From: Podarcis gaigeae
Taxonomy: Eukaryota
DNA length: 64,000 bases
Assembly: GCA_964106915.2 (NCBI GenBank)
Contig: OZ066915.1
Direction: 5' to 3' (one strand)
The translations under genes and the position numbers were made by a program. The notes under the pieces are model-generated. The model had not been told where the DNA came from and made no database searches. It saw only the letters and a list, made by a program, of their open reading frames with translations. Of the stretch, positions 61,366 to 64,000 are shown one piece after another; the stretch's first letter is position 1, and each line of letters starts with the position of its first letter.

Positions 61366-64000
61366 TGCATATTGGTTGTTCTCACGCTTTAAATATGTAT
61401 GGTGACCCTTGCTTCTGTGAAAGAAGAAGGGAGAAGGAAAGCTGAGCATTCTGATTTTAGAAATATTTGGCTTGGCATATTTGACAAATGGTCTGCTATA
61501 GCTCATTATGAATACGTATGAAGTTGTAGAATGGTAATATTATAGTCACCTTTCACATATGTATACCTACATTTTTTGCCAGTAACTGACAAATGCTAGC
61601 TGCCCTCCACCTATTTTATTATTGTGATCCAGTAATCTTGGCAGTAAAAATGTGTTGTCAGCTGAAATGTGAATGCCCCAGAAGGGGGGGTGCCCAGCCC
61701 CCATTTCCTTCCTGCTTCTGATTGAGTCACTCACTGCTTCTGCAATGCCAGGCACGATGCGTTGACTTTTAGGGTACCACTGACTTGCCTTACATCCAGT
61801 CGCTATTAGTGATTACAAATGAGGAACACTTTCATGTAAAGGCAGTTTTCTTCTCTGTGTTTGCACTGTAAATGGGGCAGGGGGCTACTTGGCACAGCTC
61901 ATTCAGGTGTGTATAAATCACTGGTGGAAACACCAGTAGAAACATCTAAAGTCTGTGTACAGATTTTGAAGTGAAGGGTTCAAGATCCTGTGGAAACCTG
62001 TAAGTGGCTAGACCTTGCCTCATTGCAGGTTAGTGGGGGCGGGGGGCTATTAGTGGGCCTACCCTATCCAGGACTGAGGCACAGGAAGATCTTTCCATCA
62101 TGGGCAAAAAATAAAATAAAAAATGAATTGATTCATTTCACATTTAAAGGCAATTTTACCTAATTTGCACTTTGCAGTTTATCTCCCAACACAAACTGAA
62201 AACTCTTCCAACTAGTTGCTTATGTCAAATTCAGACATAATTCATTCATGACTCTCTACAACCATAGGCATATGCAGAATTCCCTTTGCTCCTATTATAT
62301 GGAATAGACATCAGAGCACTCAACTATCTTTAGCAGGAAACCTTCAGAACGGTTTTGAGTGGAATGTTCAAAAGTGGAGGGGAGGTCCTTGCAAAGGAGA
62401 TCCCCCCACCCTGCAGAATTGAACTCTCCTTTGAACTTTGCCCAGCAGCTAACGGGCCGCCAATGCAATTATTTTAGTAGTGATGGAAAATGGTAGCCAT
62501 AGTGTGTCCCAGTGAGAAGTCAAGCCCTGAATTTTGCACTAGCTGCAGCTTCATAGGTAACCTCACATAGAACATATTGCAGTAGCTCAGCCTGTGGGTT
62601 ACCATTACATTAATGAACAATGGTCAGGTTATCCTGGTCCAGAAAAAGCTGTAGATGTCTTGCCAGCCCAAGCTGGTAAAAGGTACTTCTAGACACTGAG
62701 GTCACCTCAACCTTTAATGATGGAGATAGATCCAGGAGCATTCCCCAGCATATAAACCTGCTCCTTTAGGGCAGTATGACCCTGTTCAAAACAGGCAGTT
62801 GACCAATTATCCAGACTCAGGAACTGCTCATCTACAGGATTCGAGCCAGGATTTGAGCTCAAATGTATGTTCGGCAGAGAAAATACATTTGACACCCAGA
62901 GAGGGCAGTCTCAACAAATAGTCTTGATTTCATTAAATATGAAGAATGGTTGGAGTGTGTGTGTGTGTTTGTGTGTGTGTTCTGTTATTTTAAAGAGATA
63001 TCATCATTCTGTTTTCCAAGTGATTACAAGTCTGATATATCTAAAACTGCTAATTTGGAAACCTGTCATCCATCAGTTCTTTCTCAAGAGCAAAGTCAGG
63101 ACATGTAAATCAAAGCTATTTATTAAGGAACAAACATGAGCATTTTAAATATACCACTGTTGTCTTCAGTTGTGAAGTGCTGGTTCTTTATTAGGAGATG
63201 CGAATGTACATGAAGCCAGGCAGAAACTGATTTAAGCTCTACAGTATTATTTTTAAAATACATTAATTCAGGTCCTGAAACAAATCACTGCATGGTCAAC
63301 ATATAAAATACTAAATAAAATGAAAATACTCAAAACTTTTCTAACATTCTGGGGAACTTTGGGTTTTCTTTGTTAAATGTACTTTCAAAAATCCCAAAAG
63401 AAAACTTTTTTAAAAAAAGTTTTTGAAAACTCTACAACTCAGTTATGATCAATTATTCAGGGTGTGGCGTACCTGCCCCTCCTGTTTTATTCAAGTAGGC
63501 TTGGGCTATGACAAAAGTTGTCTGCCTTGTCTTGAGTCCAAATCAGAAACCTGCTTCAAAAAAATTAAGGTCCCCTGTCTCCCCATTCACTATTATGGCT
63601 GCAATTCTTTTGCTTTTTGATGGGTACTACATAATTGCAGAAAGGTAACTGCAGAATTTTCCTGACATGGCAGCTTTTATAGCAGGGGTGGCTAATCTGT
63701 GGCCCTCTAGGTAGTGTGGGTCCTATTTTCCATGACTATTGGCAATGGTGGCTGGGACTGATGGCAGCTAGAGCCCAGCAATATCTGGATGGCCACTGGT
63801 CAACCACCCTTGCTTTTAAATTTGGGAGCAAATAAGGCTACGCACCTGTTCACTTCTACTCTAGCTCTAGTGTGTTCCCACACCTGTTTTTTTTAAAAAA
63901 AAATCTGTACATGCTATTACCCATGATCCACATGTATCCATAGTTTCTTCTGAAATGTTGAATTTTGACGCAGTTCCCTGAAGCCAGCTTCACACTGACA

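Noticed and set aside
1-64000. Remaining 60-140 aa ORFs in the track as host genes
   Set aside because: No recognisable domains; many start at non-ATG codons or overlap repeats and microsatellites, at a density expected for random sequence.

Overview
This is eukaryotic, non-genic-looking DNA from a squamate reptile, probably a lacertid lizard; I infer this from Sauria SINEs, BovB tails, L2/CR1 tails and squamate-type hAT and Tigger-like MITEs. It is AT-rich, has one 328-N assembly gap, and contains no host protein-coding exon I can identify, so it is probably a large intron or intergenic region. The only recognisable coding remnants come from transposons (L1/Tx1, L2, RTE and CR1 ORF2 pieces). 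Main points of interest: (i) two different solo-LTR-like elements (2408-3137 + and 38220-39155 -) whose U3 carries an acidic-N/basic-C reading frame ending ACT-TAG shortly before the polyA signal; each was hit near that stop by a hAT MITE with an exact 8-bp TSD, and removing the MITE restores a clean 194-aa ORF in the younger copy; (ii) two divergent copies of a TSD-less, structured, DIRS/Ngaro-like non-coding element; (iii) an RTE-clade LINE with a twin-priming-type 5' inversion; (iv) several multi-level nested insertions; (v) a decayed Penelope-type hammerhead remnant. Family names come from recognition, not from a database search.
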